Assembly (NCBI GenBank): GCA_046262955.1
Contig: JBHELU010000284.1
Coordinates: forward strand, 1-31,979
Direction: 5' to 3'
Source of the DNA: Actinomycetota bacterium
GTDB lineage: Bacteria > Actinomycetota > CADDZG01 > WHSQ01
Length of the DNA stretch: 31,979 nt
Shown here: piece after piece, positions 1 through 7,839 of the stretch
How positions within the stretch are numbered: the first letter of the stretch is position 1
How the letters are laid out: every line of letters begins with the position of its first letter
The notes under the pieces: model-generated
What the model was told of the DNA's origin: nothing
Seen by the model: only the letters and a program-made list of their open reading frames with translations
Database searches by the model: none
Position numbers and translations under genes: made by a program

Positions 1-157
1 CTGGTACTACCGCCAAGTCGGCCAGATCGGAAGCTGGCTCGAGTTTCAGCCACCACCCGAGCGCGGTCCGGAGCGCGGCGCCATCGCCGAGCTCCCCGCC
101 GACTGGGCTCCCTCGATCGCCCGGGGGTTAAGCGAGGCCCAACCACCGTCACCCTGA
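1..157 (+). CDS. 3' end of an unidentified gene (partial, enters from the left edge)
   Basis: Frame starting at nt 2 reads WYYRQVGQIGSWLEFQPPPERG...AQPPSP and ends TGA at 155-157, overlapping the next ATG (TGATG), typical of translational coupling. Product not identifiable. Confidence 0.55.
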   Translation, partial: WYYRQVGQIGSWLEFQPPPERGPERGAIAELPADWAPSIARGLSEAQPPSP

Positions 158-1614
158 TGGACGGCATCGGCGGCTTCGCTGCTGCGACGCCCGATGCAAC
201 GGCGCTGGTGATGCTCGGGCGACAGCTCACGTTCGCGGAGCTCGATTCGCGTCAGCGCCGGCTGGTTGGTGCTCTACAAACAGCCGGACTCACACGCGGA
301 GATCGGATCGCGGCTCTCGCTTCCAATCGAACCGAACTTCTCGAAGTGACGATAGGAGCGCTGCGCGCGGGCATCGTTCCCGTTCCGATCAATGCGCTAC
401 TGACGCCCACGGAGGTCGCCTACGTCTTAGAAGACTCCGGCGCGCGCTGGCTCTTCTGCGACCGCCCGGTGGAGGCCGAGGGTATCGAGCGGATCGTCAC
501 GTTCGGCGATGCATACGAACGCGTATTGCACGAATCCAAAGCGGCGAAATTGGCGCCCGGCGCTCTCGGCCGCCCGATGCATTACACGTCCGGCACTACG
601 GGCCGTCCGAAAGGCGTGTGGGTGAAACCGGCGGGCCCTAAGGAAGCCGCACGGTTGTCCCGCGATTTCCGCTCGATGTGGGCCATCGATGCCTCGGACG
701 TGCACCTCGTGTGCTCTCCTCTGACTCATTCAGCACCTCATCGATTCTCGCTGAGGACGCTCGAAGCCGGGGGCACCGTGATCGTCCAAACGAAGTTCGA
801 TGCACGAGAAACACTGGCCGCGATCGAGATGTTCGGAGCGACATCGACCTTTGTAGTCCCCACGCACATCGAACGCATCTTGACGTTAGGAACCCGAACG
901 CTGAGCACGCATGATCTGTCGACGTTGCGACTGGTCGCTCATGCAGGAGCGCCCATTAGAGAAGACTCGAAAAGAAGGGTGATGGAACTCGTCCCTTACG
1001 GATCTCTGTGGGAGTTCTACGGATCGACCGAAGGACAAGCCACTCGGATATCAACGGACGAGTGGCTGCGCAAACCCGGGAGCGTAGGAACGCCTCGCGC
1101 CGGAGCGCGAGTCGAGATCCGAGACGATGAGGGCGAGTTGCTGCCGGCGGGCAAAGTAGGAACGGTGTGGGTTGGCGACCCGGCCGGAGAACGATTCGAG
1201 TACTGGGGCGACAAAGCGAAGACGCGCGCAGCGTGGCGGGGCGACACGTTCTCGGTCGGAGATCTCGGCTACCTCGACGAAGACGGTTACTTATTCCTAA
1301 CGGGACGAAAGTTCGACACGATCATCACCGGCGGCGTGAACGTCTACCCGCAGGAAGTGGAGGGAGTGCTCAACCAGCATCCGGCGGTAGCGGAGGTTCT
1401 CGTGTACGGCGCCGAGCACGACGAATGGGGTCAGGAAGTACGAGCTCGCGTGGTCCCCAAGTTCGGTGAACCGCTGGATCCGGATTTGTTGGTCTCGTGG
1501 GCGCGCGAGCGGCTCGCAGGGTTCAAGTGCCCTCGCAAGATCGAGATCGTCGACGCGCTTCCGCGCACACCGACCGGGAAGATCTCTCGACGCCCGGGTT
1601 CTGACGAAAGCTAG
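157..1614 (+). CDS. Acyl-CoA synthetase / AMP-binding enzyme (long-chain fatty acid-CoA ligase-like)
   Basis: Adenylate-forming motifs YTSGTTGRPKG, EFYGSTE, VGDLGYLDEDGYLFLTGR, IITGGVNVYPQEVE and C-terminal PRTPTGK. Confidence 0.93.
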   Translation: MDGIGGFAAATPDATALVMLGRQLTFAELDSRQRRLVGALQTAGLTRGDRIAALASNRTELLEVTIGALRAGIVPVPINALLTPTEVAYVLEDSGARWLFCDRPVEAEGIERIVTFGDAYERVLHESKAAKLAPGALGRPMHYTSGTTGRPKGVWVKPAGPKEAARLSRDFRSMWAIDASDVHLVCSPLTHSAPHRFSLRTLEAGGTVIVQTKFDARETLAAIEMFGATSTFVVPTHIERILTLGTRTLSTHDLSTLRLVAHAGAPIREDSKRRVMELVPYGSLWEFYGSTEGQATRISTDEWLRKPGSVGTPRAGARVEIRDDEGELLPAGKVGTVWVGDPAGERFEYWGDKAKTRAAWRGDTFSVGDLGYLDEDGYLFLTGRKFDTIITGGVNVYPQEVEGVLNQHPAVAEVLVYGAEHDEWGQEVRARVVPKFGEPLDPDLLVSWARERLAGFKCPRKIEIVDALPRTPTGKISRRPGSDES

Positions 1615-1636
1615 GGTCCGCCGCTGAACGAGAGGG

Positions 1637-2659
1637 TCAAGCACCTCGCCAGAAGGGAGTCGGCGAGGTCTGCTTCACGACTCCGACACCGAACAAGCCG
1701 GCGACCAACCGATCGACGAGACGGGTGATCTGCGCGGCGGAGTTTCGGTACGCACCGATCGTCTGCCCGATCGGATCCACGAGATCGACCGCGGCTCCGT
1801 ACTTACGCACAAGCCTGCGATGGTCGTTGGACCGAGAGACGGCAACGCGAGCGCGCTCGAGAGGATCGTTCGTACGGATCGGACCGATCTCGGACAACAG
1901 GTCTGCAAACTCCATGATGGTGAACGCACGATCGCGTGGAGCTCCGCCGAACCGGATCGCTTCGGCAACGTGCGTACGCTCGAAGCCAAGAACCAGATCG
2001 AAGCCTTTCAACTCGCGCTGTGTGAGAGCTCGCGCGCGGTGCTCCGAGAGATCGAGCCCCAATTCGCGCGCCACCTCGAGTGCTTCAGGCAGAGCAGCAC
2101 CGGGCCGCGCGTCGGGGCGTCCTACCGACACGATGGCCAGCGGACAATCGATCGTTCGAGCCGAGAGCATCGCCTGGGTGATAGGGCTCCGGAAACGGTT
2201 CCCGGTGCACACGAGTGCGATCGAGAACGTTTGACCTTCGACCGGTGCTAGCTCGGGCGCCAGTCGAAGCCCTCCGGTCGCGCTTTCTTGAATCGCATCT
2301 GCGGGAGCCGGAGCTTCGATGTCTTCGATCGGTATCGGTGCCAGGTGGATCTCTGCCTGGGCAGGAACGACGGGGGCCTCGATCGTCGTGGAGGACGCCG
2401 TCGCGGTCGCCGGGAGAGGTGGAGGAGGTGGTGGTGGTGCGGCAGACGCGTGTACGAGCGCCGGTTCGGTTTCGATCGTGTCCGCGATCAGCTCCGCCAC
2501 GTCAAGATCGACCCAAGTGTCGGCGGCAACCACCCGGCCGCTCTCCCAGCTGAACTCGCCGACCTCCCACGTCACTATGTCCAGGGCAGCGGCCTTCATC
2601 TGGGCCCGTACGGCCGCAGCCAGCGCAGACTTGTCGACCCCGGTGCCCGTTTGCAGCAC
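1637..2659 (-). CDS. Low-molecular-weight protein tyrosine phosphatase (Wzb/LMW-PTP) domain, preceded by a Pro-rich linker and the C-terminal part of a DUF4388/MshEN-like region
   Basis: P-loop LVCTGNRFRS (CX5R-S) at 2186-2209, GLDLSEHRAR, FDLVLGFE and general-acid loop DLVDPIG. N-terminus reads LDIVTWEVGEFSWE, the usual end of DUF4388-type proteins. The GTG start directly follows an in-frame TAG. Confidence 0.85.
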   Translation of the reverse strand: MLQTGTGVDKSALAAAVRAQMKAAALDIVTWEVGEFSWESGRVVAADTWVDLDVAELIADTIETEPALVHASAAPPPPPPPLPATATASSTTIEAPVVPAQAEIHLAPIPIEDIEAPAPADAIQESATGGLRLAPELAPVEGQTFSIALVCTGNRFRSPITQAMLSARTIDCPLAIVSVGRPDARPGAALPEALEVARELGLDLSEHRARALTQRELKGFDLVLGFERTHVAEAIRFGGAPRDRAFTIMEFADLLSEIGPIRTNDPLERARVAVSRSNDHRRLVRKYGAAVDLVDPIGQTIGAYRNSAAQITRLVDRLVAGLFGVGVVKQTSPTPFWRGA

Positions 2660-3034
2660 CTAGTCCAGGTCCCGGCCGGTCGTCACCGAGCGGTCCTTGG
2701 CCCGCCGCAGCTCCTCGGCCCCCAAGGCCCCCATCTCGACGAGACGCTCTCCGAGCGTCGTTGGCACCAGGTCCGAGTGAGCGTGGTAGATCCGGCCGCG
2801 GTCGAAGAAGGCCGTGGCGCTGCCCGCCGGTCGCACGACGTCGAGCCGGCCCGTGCGCCGGGCGGTGGCGAGAAGCTTGAAGACGCTCGCCATCCCAATG
2901 TCGTCGGCGGTCCCGGTCAGCACTGCGGAGCTCCCCGTCAAGTGGCCCGCCTCCGGTGGTGGAGGCGGCGAGGGTCGCGACTCCACCCGTTGCGGAGCCG
3001 TACGAGAACCTCTGGCGGCGGACCATGCGCCCAT
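2660..3034 (-). CDS. DUF4388 (PatA-N-like) domain plus first MshEN-like repeat; N-terminal part of the split gene
   Basis: LTGTADDIGMASVFKLLATARRTGRLDV...AFFDRGRIYHA matches the DUF4388 pattern (GxLxxxxLxxLLxxxxxxxxTGxL...FxxGxIxHA). Start uncertain: ATG 3034, or ATG 3121 overlapping the upstream GT2. Confidence 0.72.
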   Translation of the reverse strand: MGAWSAARGSRTAPQRVESRPSPPPPPEAGHLTGSSAVLTGTADDIGMASVFKLLATARRTGRLDVVRPAGSATAFFDRGRIYHAHSDLVPTTLGERLVEMGALGAEELRRAKDRSVTTGRDLD

Positions 3035-3093
3035 CTTGGCTTTGGCGTAGGCCCAACCTCGGAACCATATTCTTCCAGCGTCACGCCTCGCAG

Positions 3094-4074
3094 TCAACCT
3101 CGCGCTCCCGGTGACACCCATTTACCGAGCTGCGCCTTAAGCAAGGCCACATGGAGGCGGTGGCGGTCGAGCTCGACCCGGGGCAGCAACCGCTCCGGAA
3201 GGGGGCTGCGCCGCCCCCGGATCAGGGCTCGCTGGCGCCACGCGTCCGCGATCCCGCCGGCCCACGAGCGAAATGACTTCCGGTAGGTGCACTCGATCAG
3301 GTCGAAGACCCCGTAGAAGATCGCTCGCCACGCCCCGGCCCGGGTCGGGAACCTGAGCCGGAAGTACCAGAGTTGATTGCGAACTCGGAGCCTCAGGGTC
3401 TGCCCCGCGTCCCGACCGGCGGCCGCCTTCATGTGGTCGAAAGGCGCCTCGGGGTCGTACCGGACATCCCATCCGTCCGCGATCAGCCGGGTCGCCAGAT
3501 CCAGCTCCGACAAGGTCGCGAAATAGGGCTCGAAGAAGCCGCCGACCTGATCGAATGCCTCGCGTCGGAACAATGACGCTCCCTCAGGGAAGAAGAACGC
3601 CGGAACGACACCCGAGGCGTCGGCCGTTCGATCCCCCCTCAAGAACCAATCGAAAGTGCCCGGCTCGGTGGACCTGATCACGTTGCCCGACTCGTCCACG
3701 TCGCGAACGAATCCGCCGACCACCCCGATCCGATCGTCTTGCTCGAGAGTCGCGACCATCCGCTCGAGCGCGCCCGGAAGTGGATACGAGTCGTCATCGA
3801 GCATCAAGAGATATCGACCTCGGCACAGCTCGGCACCCTTGTTTCGTCCTGCAATGCCAAGGTTTTCTCCGCTGCGAAGAACACGAACATGTGGATGACT
3901 GTGCTCGACTTCCTGAGCCGTGCCATCCGTCCCGTTGTCCACCACGACTACCTCATCGACGGGAAGGACCGACAGTCGATCCAAGACGACCCGCACCGAA
4001 TCTTTTCGATTGAAAGCCAGAATGACGGTCGAAACCAGAGGGTCGCGCTTGTCTGTTTCGTCTGTTCCGGCCAT
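3094..4074 (-). CDS. Glycosyltransferase family 2
   Basis: VSTVILAFNR, VVVVDNG, ENLGIAGRNKG, LLMLDDDS (DxD) and FEPYF..SELDLATRL. Confidence 0.92.
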   Translation of the reverse strand: MAGTDETDKRDPLVSTVILAFNRKDSVRVVLDRLSVLPVDEVVVVDNGTDGTAQEVEHSHPHVRVLRSGENLGIAGRNKGAELCRGRYLLMLDDDSYPLPGALERMVATLEQDDRIGVVGGFVRDVDESGNVIRSTEPGTFDWFLRGDRTADASGVVPAFFFPEGASLFRREAFDQVGGFFEPYFATLSELDLATRLIADGWDVRYDPEAPFDHMKAAAGRDAGQTLRLRVRNQLWYFRLRFPTRAGAWRAIFYGVFDLIECTYRKSFRSWAGGIADAWRQRALIRGRRSPLPERLLPRVELDRHRLHVALLKAQLGKWVSPGARG

Positions 4075-4082
4075 GGCCGTGG

Positions 4083-4088
4083 AGTTTA
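4083..4088 (-). promoter_or_regulatory. Putative -10 element (TAAACT) for a near-leaderless GT2 transcript
   Basis: TANNNT hexamer ends 8 nt before ATG 4074, and no SD sequence lies in between. Confidence 0.4.
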
Positions 4089-4121
4089 GAGAACGGCGGC
4101 CCTACCTGGTATGAGTTTGTC

Positions 4122-4817
4122 GTGATCTCACCGTGGACGCGGCCCGTGACGCTCGTCTATCACGGCGTCAATCAGGTAACCGACGCCGAGGATCCTTCGC
4201 GACTTGTCGTTTCGCCGGACCATCTGCATTCTCAGCTGATGTGGTTGAAAGACCGGGGCTACAGATTCGAGACTGCTACCCAGCTAGCGCAACGTGATGC
4301 CCCGGCCCTCAAGATCGCGACGGTTACCTTCGACGACGGCTGGGCCGACACTCTAGATACGGTCGCTCTGCTTAGGGACTGGGATGTGGTGGCGACCTTC
4401 TTCGTGTGCCCCGGCCTATGGGGGTCGCAGCATCCGGATGTCGCGGGGCCGGCAGGTGCTCTCTTGACAAGGGAGCAAGCAACTGAGCTTGCCTCGACCG
4501 GGATCGACCTTGGATCGCACTCGATGAGCCATCCCGATCTCACAAAGCTGGACGACGATCGACTTGCCTACGAGCTGGCGACCTCCAAAGCGCAGATCGA
4601 AGATCTCTCGGGCCGAGAGTGCCCGACGCTCGCTTATCCCTTCGGTCTCTACGACGACCGCGTGAGCGCGGCCGCTCAGGCAGCGGGCTACCGGCTCGCC
4701 TTCGCGTGGTTACCCGGTCCCTGGAAATCCTTCGCCGCTCCTCGACTTCCTGGCCCCCCCCGCCACGGCTCGTCCCGGCTGGCGCTCAAGATGATGGGAC
4801 TGAGACGCCGGACCTAA
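4122..4817 (+). CDS. Polysaccharide deacetylase (CE4/NodB-like)
   Basis: LVYHGV, VTFDDG, GSHSMSHPDL (metal-binding His pair) and LAYPFG. No signal peptide evident. Confidence 0.9.
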   Translation: MISPWTRPVTLVYHGVNQVTDAEDPSRLVVSPDHLHSQLMWLKDRGYRFETATQLAQRDAPALKIATVTFDDGWADTLDTVALLRDWDVVATFFVCPGLWGSQHPDVAGPAGALLTREQATELASTGIDLGSHSMSHPDLTKLDDDRLAYELATSKAQIEDLSGRECPTLAYPFGLYDDRVSAAAQAAGYRLAFAWLPGPWKSFAAPRLPGPPRHGSSRLALKMMGLRRRT

Positions 4818-5947
4818 CGTCTGACGAGCTGCTTGATCCGGCGTTTGACACCCGGCGGAAGCTTGCCGGCGAGCGAGCCTCGTCCACGCGCCGCGAGCAG
4901 CGCCGCGCGCGCGGCAGCGGACGTGGGGCCGGGAGGAACAACCGCCCACCACTCCAACGTGTCTTCGCCGTCCGTGAAACGCAACTTGTACGACTGGCTG
5001 CCGCCGCCGAGGTCGACGCGCCGGTCGCCGCGAGCGAACGACTCTTGGATCGCCGCAAGGATCGCGATGATCGAGGGCCGGTACGCACGCCACGCTTCGT
5101 CGAACCCACCGAGCCAGTAGGTCACTTCACCACCGCTGGACAAGAACGCTTGCGAGCTGATGATCCTGTCGCCGACTTTGATCGTCCACAACCGCAGTCG
5201 TTTCGTACCTTCATCGCTGTTGACTATGTCGAGCAGCATCCGCTCAACGCGTGTCGACATCACGGCTGATCCACCGCGTGAGGCCCAGCGCTGTTCGTGC
5301 AGGTTTCGAAGCGCGGCAACAGCGTTGCGAAGATCGTCTTCACCCGAGGCTCGATCTAGCACCGCGCCCTGCTCTGCAAGTTGTCGTTGTGTACGCCGCA
5401 TCTGCTGACGGAAGTTGCGCGTCCGCGCCGCGAACCACTCGTCGTACGTCCCACTGATCGAGAGCGTTGGTGAACCCATCGAATCGACTTGCGCGAGCTT
5501 CGGTGTTTCGGCAGTGGGCCATTGCATGCGGAACCCACGCGGCCACGGTGATCCCGATGGGATCCCCTCGAGCCGGATCAGTGCCGGGAACGGGCGGAGC
5601 TCGGCCAGTTTCCTAACTACCTCACCGACGAACTCCTCTTCACGTTCCGCACTTGCAAGGGGCTCGGCACGCGGAGAGGTCGACGCCCCAAGGATGCGAT
5701 AGGTCCACAGACCTGCGGCATTCCGCTGCGCGAAGAATGGAGCGATCCCGCACATCCGCCCGCGTTCGTCGAAACCGGCCACGAACCGAGGTTGCGCGGC
5801 GGAGGGTGCGACCTGGCGCCACCACGACAACATCCACACCGGCGACGAATAGGGTCGGCCTCGCTCGCTCGCAAGAGCGTCCCACTCGTCCTGTATCCGA
5901 TCGAGCGTGGTCGGATCGCCAAAAACCTCGAGCTTCACGTCGTGCAA
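4814..5947 (-). CDS. GNAT-family acyltransferase, CelD/BcsL (Acetyltransf_6) type
   Basis: EWDAL...PYSSPVWMLSWW, FAARTRNFRQQMRR, YWLGGFD and RVDLGGGSQSYKLRF. Start is TTG 5947 or GTG 5938; an in-frame TAG lies immediately upstream of 5947. Confidence 0.85.
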   Translation of the reverse strand: MHDVKLEVFGDPTTLDRIQDEWDALASERGRPYSSPVWMLSWWRQVAPSAAQPRFVAGFDERGRMCGIAPFFAQRNAAGLWTYRILGASTSPRAEPLASAEREEEFVGEVVRKLAELRPFPALIRLEGIPSGSPWPRGFRMQWPTAETPKLAQVDSMGSPTLSISGTYDEWFAARTRNFRQQMRRTQRQLAEQGAVLDRASGEDDLRNAVAALRNLHEQRWASRGGSAVMSTRVERMLLDIVNSDEGTKRLRLWTIKVGDRIISSQAFLSSGGEVTYWLGGFDEAWRAYRPSIIAILAAIQESFARGDRRVDLGGGSQSYKLRFTDGEDTLEWWAVVPPGPTSAAARAALLAARGRGSLAGKLPPGVKRRIKQLVRR

Positions 5948-5956
5948 CTATGCAGC

Positions 5957-6724
5957 ATGAGCGGCCGGCGGCTCGACCCGTTGATCCTTGCGATGCATGC
6001 AGTCGAATACGTCCCCGTGCGAGACGACCCAAACAGGCTCTTCATCGCGCCCCGCACGTTGTCGTCGCTCGTCGACCGGCTTAAGGACAAGGGTTACACG
6101 TTCGTCACGTTCGGCGACATGGCCCGGGCGGTCGCGCTCGGCGAATCTGCCGGACTGGTGTCGCTGACCTTCGATGACGGTTATCGAAACAATCTCTACG
6201 AATTGGTACCGATCGTGCAGGGCCGCGGCGTCGTTGCGACCGTGTTCGTAGCAACCGGATTGCTCACAAAGATGCATCCCGATCCTCCCAGCCGGCCGAT
6301 GCTTACGCTCGATGAAGTGGCAGTCCTGCACGGCGAGGGTGTCGAGATCGGTTGTCACACCAACACCCACCGAGATCTCACCCGGCTCGACGCATCTGAA
6401 GTGACGGATGAGTTGAGCACCAGCAAAGAAGCGCTCGAGGACGTCACCCAGGCCCCCGTCGAAGGCCTCGCGTATCCCTTCGGCGACGCGAACAAGGAAA
6501 CGATCTCGCTGGCGAAGAAAGCAGGGTTCCTTGCTGCATGCCGGACATCGGGCCGCGGATCTTGGAGCGACCTTCACGACCTTCCCAGGCAAGACGTCGG
6601 AAATCATCCATCGGCCGTGGGCCTGGAGCTGAAGCGTCGCGACCTGTACGAGCCCTTGATGCGGTTCCTTCCTGCGCGGGTCGCGCGGCGCGTCTACTAC
6701 GGCGTGCAGAAGAAAGTGTTGTGA
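5957..6724 (+). CDS. Polysaccharide deacetylase (CE4/NodB-like)
   Basis: ILAMHAV, LTFDDGY, GCHTNTHRDL and LAYPFG. Start moved to ATG 5957 because the longer ORF from 5792 overlaps the GNAT gene on the other strand. Confidence 0.9.
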   Translation: MSGRRLDPLILAMHAVEYVPVRDDPNRLFIAPRTLSSLVDRLKDKGYTFVTFGDMARAVALGESAGLVSLTFDDGYRNNLYELVPIVQGRGVVATVFVATGLLTKMHPDPPSRPMLTLDEVAVLHGEGVEIGCHTNTHRDLTRLDASEVTDELSTSKEALEDVTQAPVEGLAYPFGDANKETISLAKKAGFLAACRTSGRGSWSDLHDLPRQDVGNHPSAVGLELKRRDLYEPLMRFLPARVARRVYYGVQKKVL

Positions 6725-7839
6725 GCGCGATCCCAATCACGTTCGTGTCCTCACATAGCGCGAACGGAGGATCAGAGAGGTATCTGCGTCGGTTGATCAC
6801 CGAATTGGGATCGGATTGGGTGAAAGACATCATCTGTCTTCAAGATGGGTGGCTGGCCGAAACACTGCGCGCGGATGGACGCGACGTGACCGTGATCGAC
6901 ATGCCCACGCGCCCCCCAGGTTTGCTGACACGGTCGATGGCGCTTCGTCGCCATTTGCGATCGACGTCAGCCACTCTGGTACACGCGAACGGGATCAAAG
7001 CTGCGTTCGCATGCGGCATCGCAACGATGGGGACGCGGATCAAGGTTGTCTGGGTCAAGCACGACTTCAGCTTCGAAGGAGCTTTCGCGAGCGCGGTGGG
7101 GGCGGCCGTGGACAGAACGGTCGGTGTCAGCAAAGCGTCGATCTCGCAACTACGCGGGCCGGCAGTGCGCAAGGCAACTTACGTTCACACCGGGATCGAC
7201 CATGTTCCAGCCGATCGATCCGTCGCGCGCCGCGCTCTGCTCGAGCAAATGAGATGGCCCGACGATTCATTCGTCATCGGAGCAGTCGGCCGGCTCGATC
7301 CCACGAAAGGTTTCGCCGAGCTCATCCGAGCTGCGGCGATCGTTCGTACAACGCAGCCTGCGACTCGCGTCGTCGTCGCCGGGAGCCCCGATCCACACCA
7401 TCCGCAAACACGCAGCGAATTGGAAAGGATCGCTCGCGATCTCGGTCTCGCGGACAAGGTGACGATCCTCGGGGAACAAAAGGACGTCCGATCCCTGATG
7501 GCGGCATTCGATTTAGGAGTGATCCCGACGGTCGCAACGCGGCGGGGGGGCCGCGAAGGTTTCTCGCTGGTCGCACTCGAGATGCTCGATGCGGGGACCC
7601 CCGTCGTCGCATTCGAGAGCGGCGCCCTGCCCGAGGTGCTGGGCCCCTGCGGCATCCTCGTGACCGAAGGAAGTGTCGACGCTCTGGCGGCAGCAATCCG
7701 ATCGGTAGCGGAAGATAAAGCGCTGGGCGCCGGCCTCACCGATTGCGGTCGAGATCGAGTCGCCAGTTTCTCGACCACTCGGTGGATCGATGAGATGAAA
7801 AGGGAGTACGGATCGGTGAAGGAGAGCCCCGCTCGATGA
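6721..7839 (+). CDS. Glycosyltransferase family 4 (GT-B)
   Basis: GGSERY, VGRLDPTKG and REGFSLVALEMLDAGTPVV (EX7E). GTG 6721 overlaps the upstream stop (GTGA). Confidence 0.92.
   Translation: MSAIPITFVSSHSANGGSERYLRRLITELGSDWVKDIICLQDGWLAETLRADGRDVTVIDMPTRPPGLLTRSMALRRHLRSTSATLVHANGIKAAFACGIATMGTRIKVVWVKHDFSFEGAFASAVGAAVDRTVGVSKASISQLRGPAVRKATYVHTGIDHVPADRSVARRALLEQMRWPDDSFVIGAVGRLDPTKGFAELIRAAAIVRTTQPATRVVVAGSPDPHHPQTRSELERIARDLGLADKVTILGEQKDVRSLMAAFDLGVIPTVATRRGGREGFSLVALEMLDAGTPVVAFESGALPEVLGPCGILVTEGSVDALAAAIRSVAEDKALGAGLTDCGRDRVASFSTTRWIDEMKREYGSVKESPAR

Larger units (their letters stand above)
1637..3034 (-). pseudogene. DUF4388-MshEN-like-LMW-PTP fusion interrupted by one in-frame TAG (2660-2662)
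   Basis: Minus strand reads GAC CTG GAC TAG GTG CTG CAA. Both ORFs are in the same frame and the domain pattern continues across the stop. Nonsense mutation, sequencing error or restart at GTG cannot be told apart here. Confidence 0.6.

Noticed and set aside
157-1614. Acyl-CoA synthetase as acyl donor for the polysaccharide GNAT
   Set aside because: It is coupled to an upstream gene outside the locus and converges on the locus; nothing in the sequence ties it to glycan synthesis.
2660-2662. Genome-wide amber recoding or pyrrolysine insertion
   Set aside because: TAG terminates several intact genes here (e.g. 1612-1614, 10370-10372, purN), and no pyl genes or tRNA are visible.
2660-2674. RxxD (RDLD) c-di-GMP I-site motif just before the amber codon
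   Set aside because: A four-residue motif with two fixed positions is expected by chance, and there is no GGDEF-like context.
2288-3286. 332-aa plus-strand ORF
   Set aside because: Antisense to the DUF4388-PTP gene, Arg-rich, no recognisable motif: a GC-rich shadow ORF.
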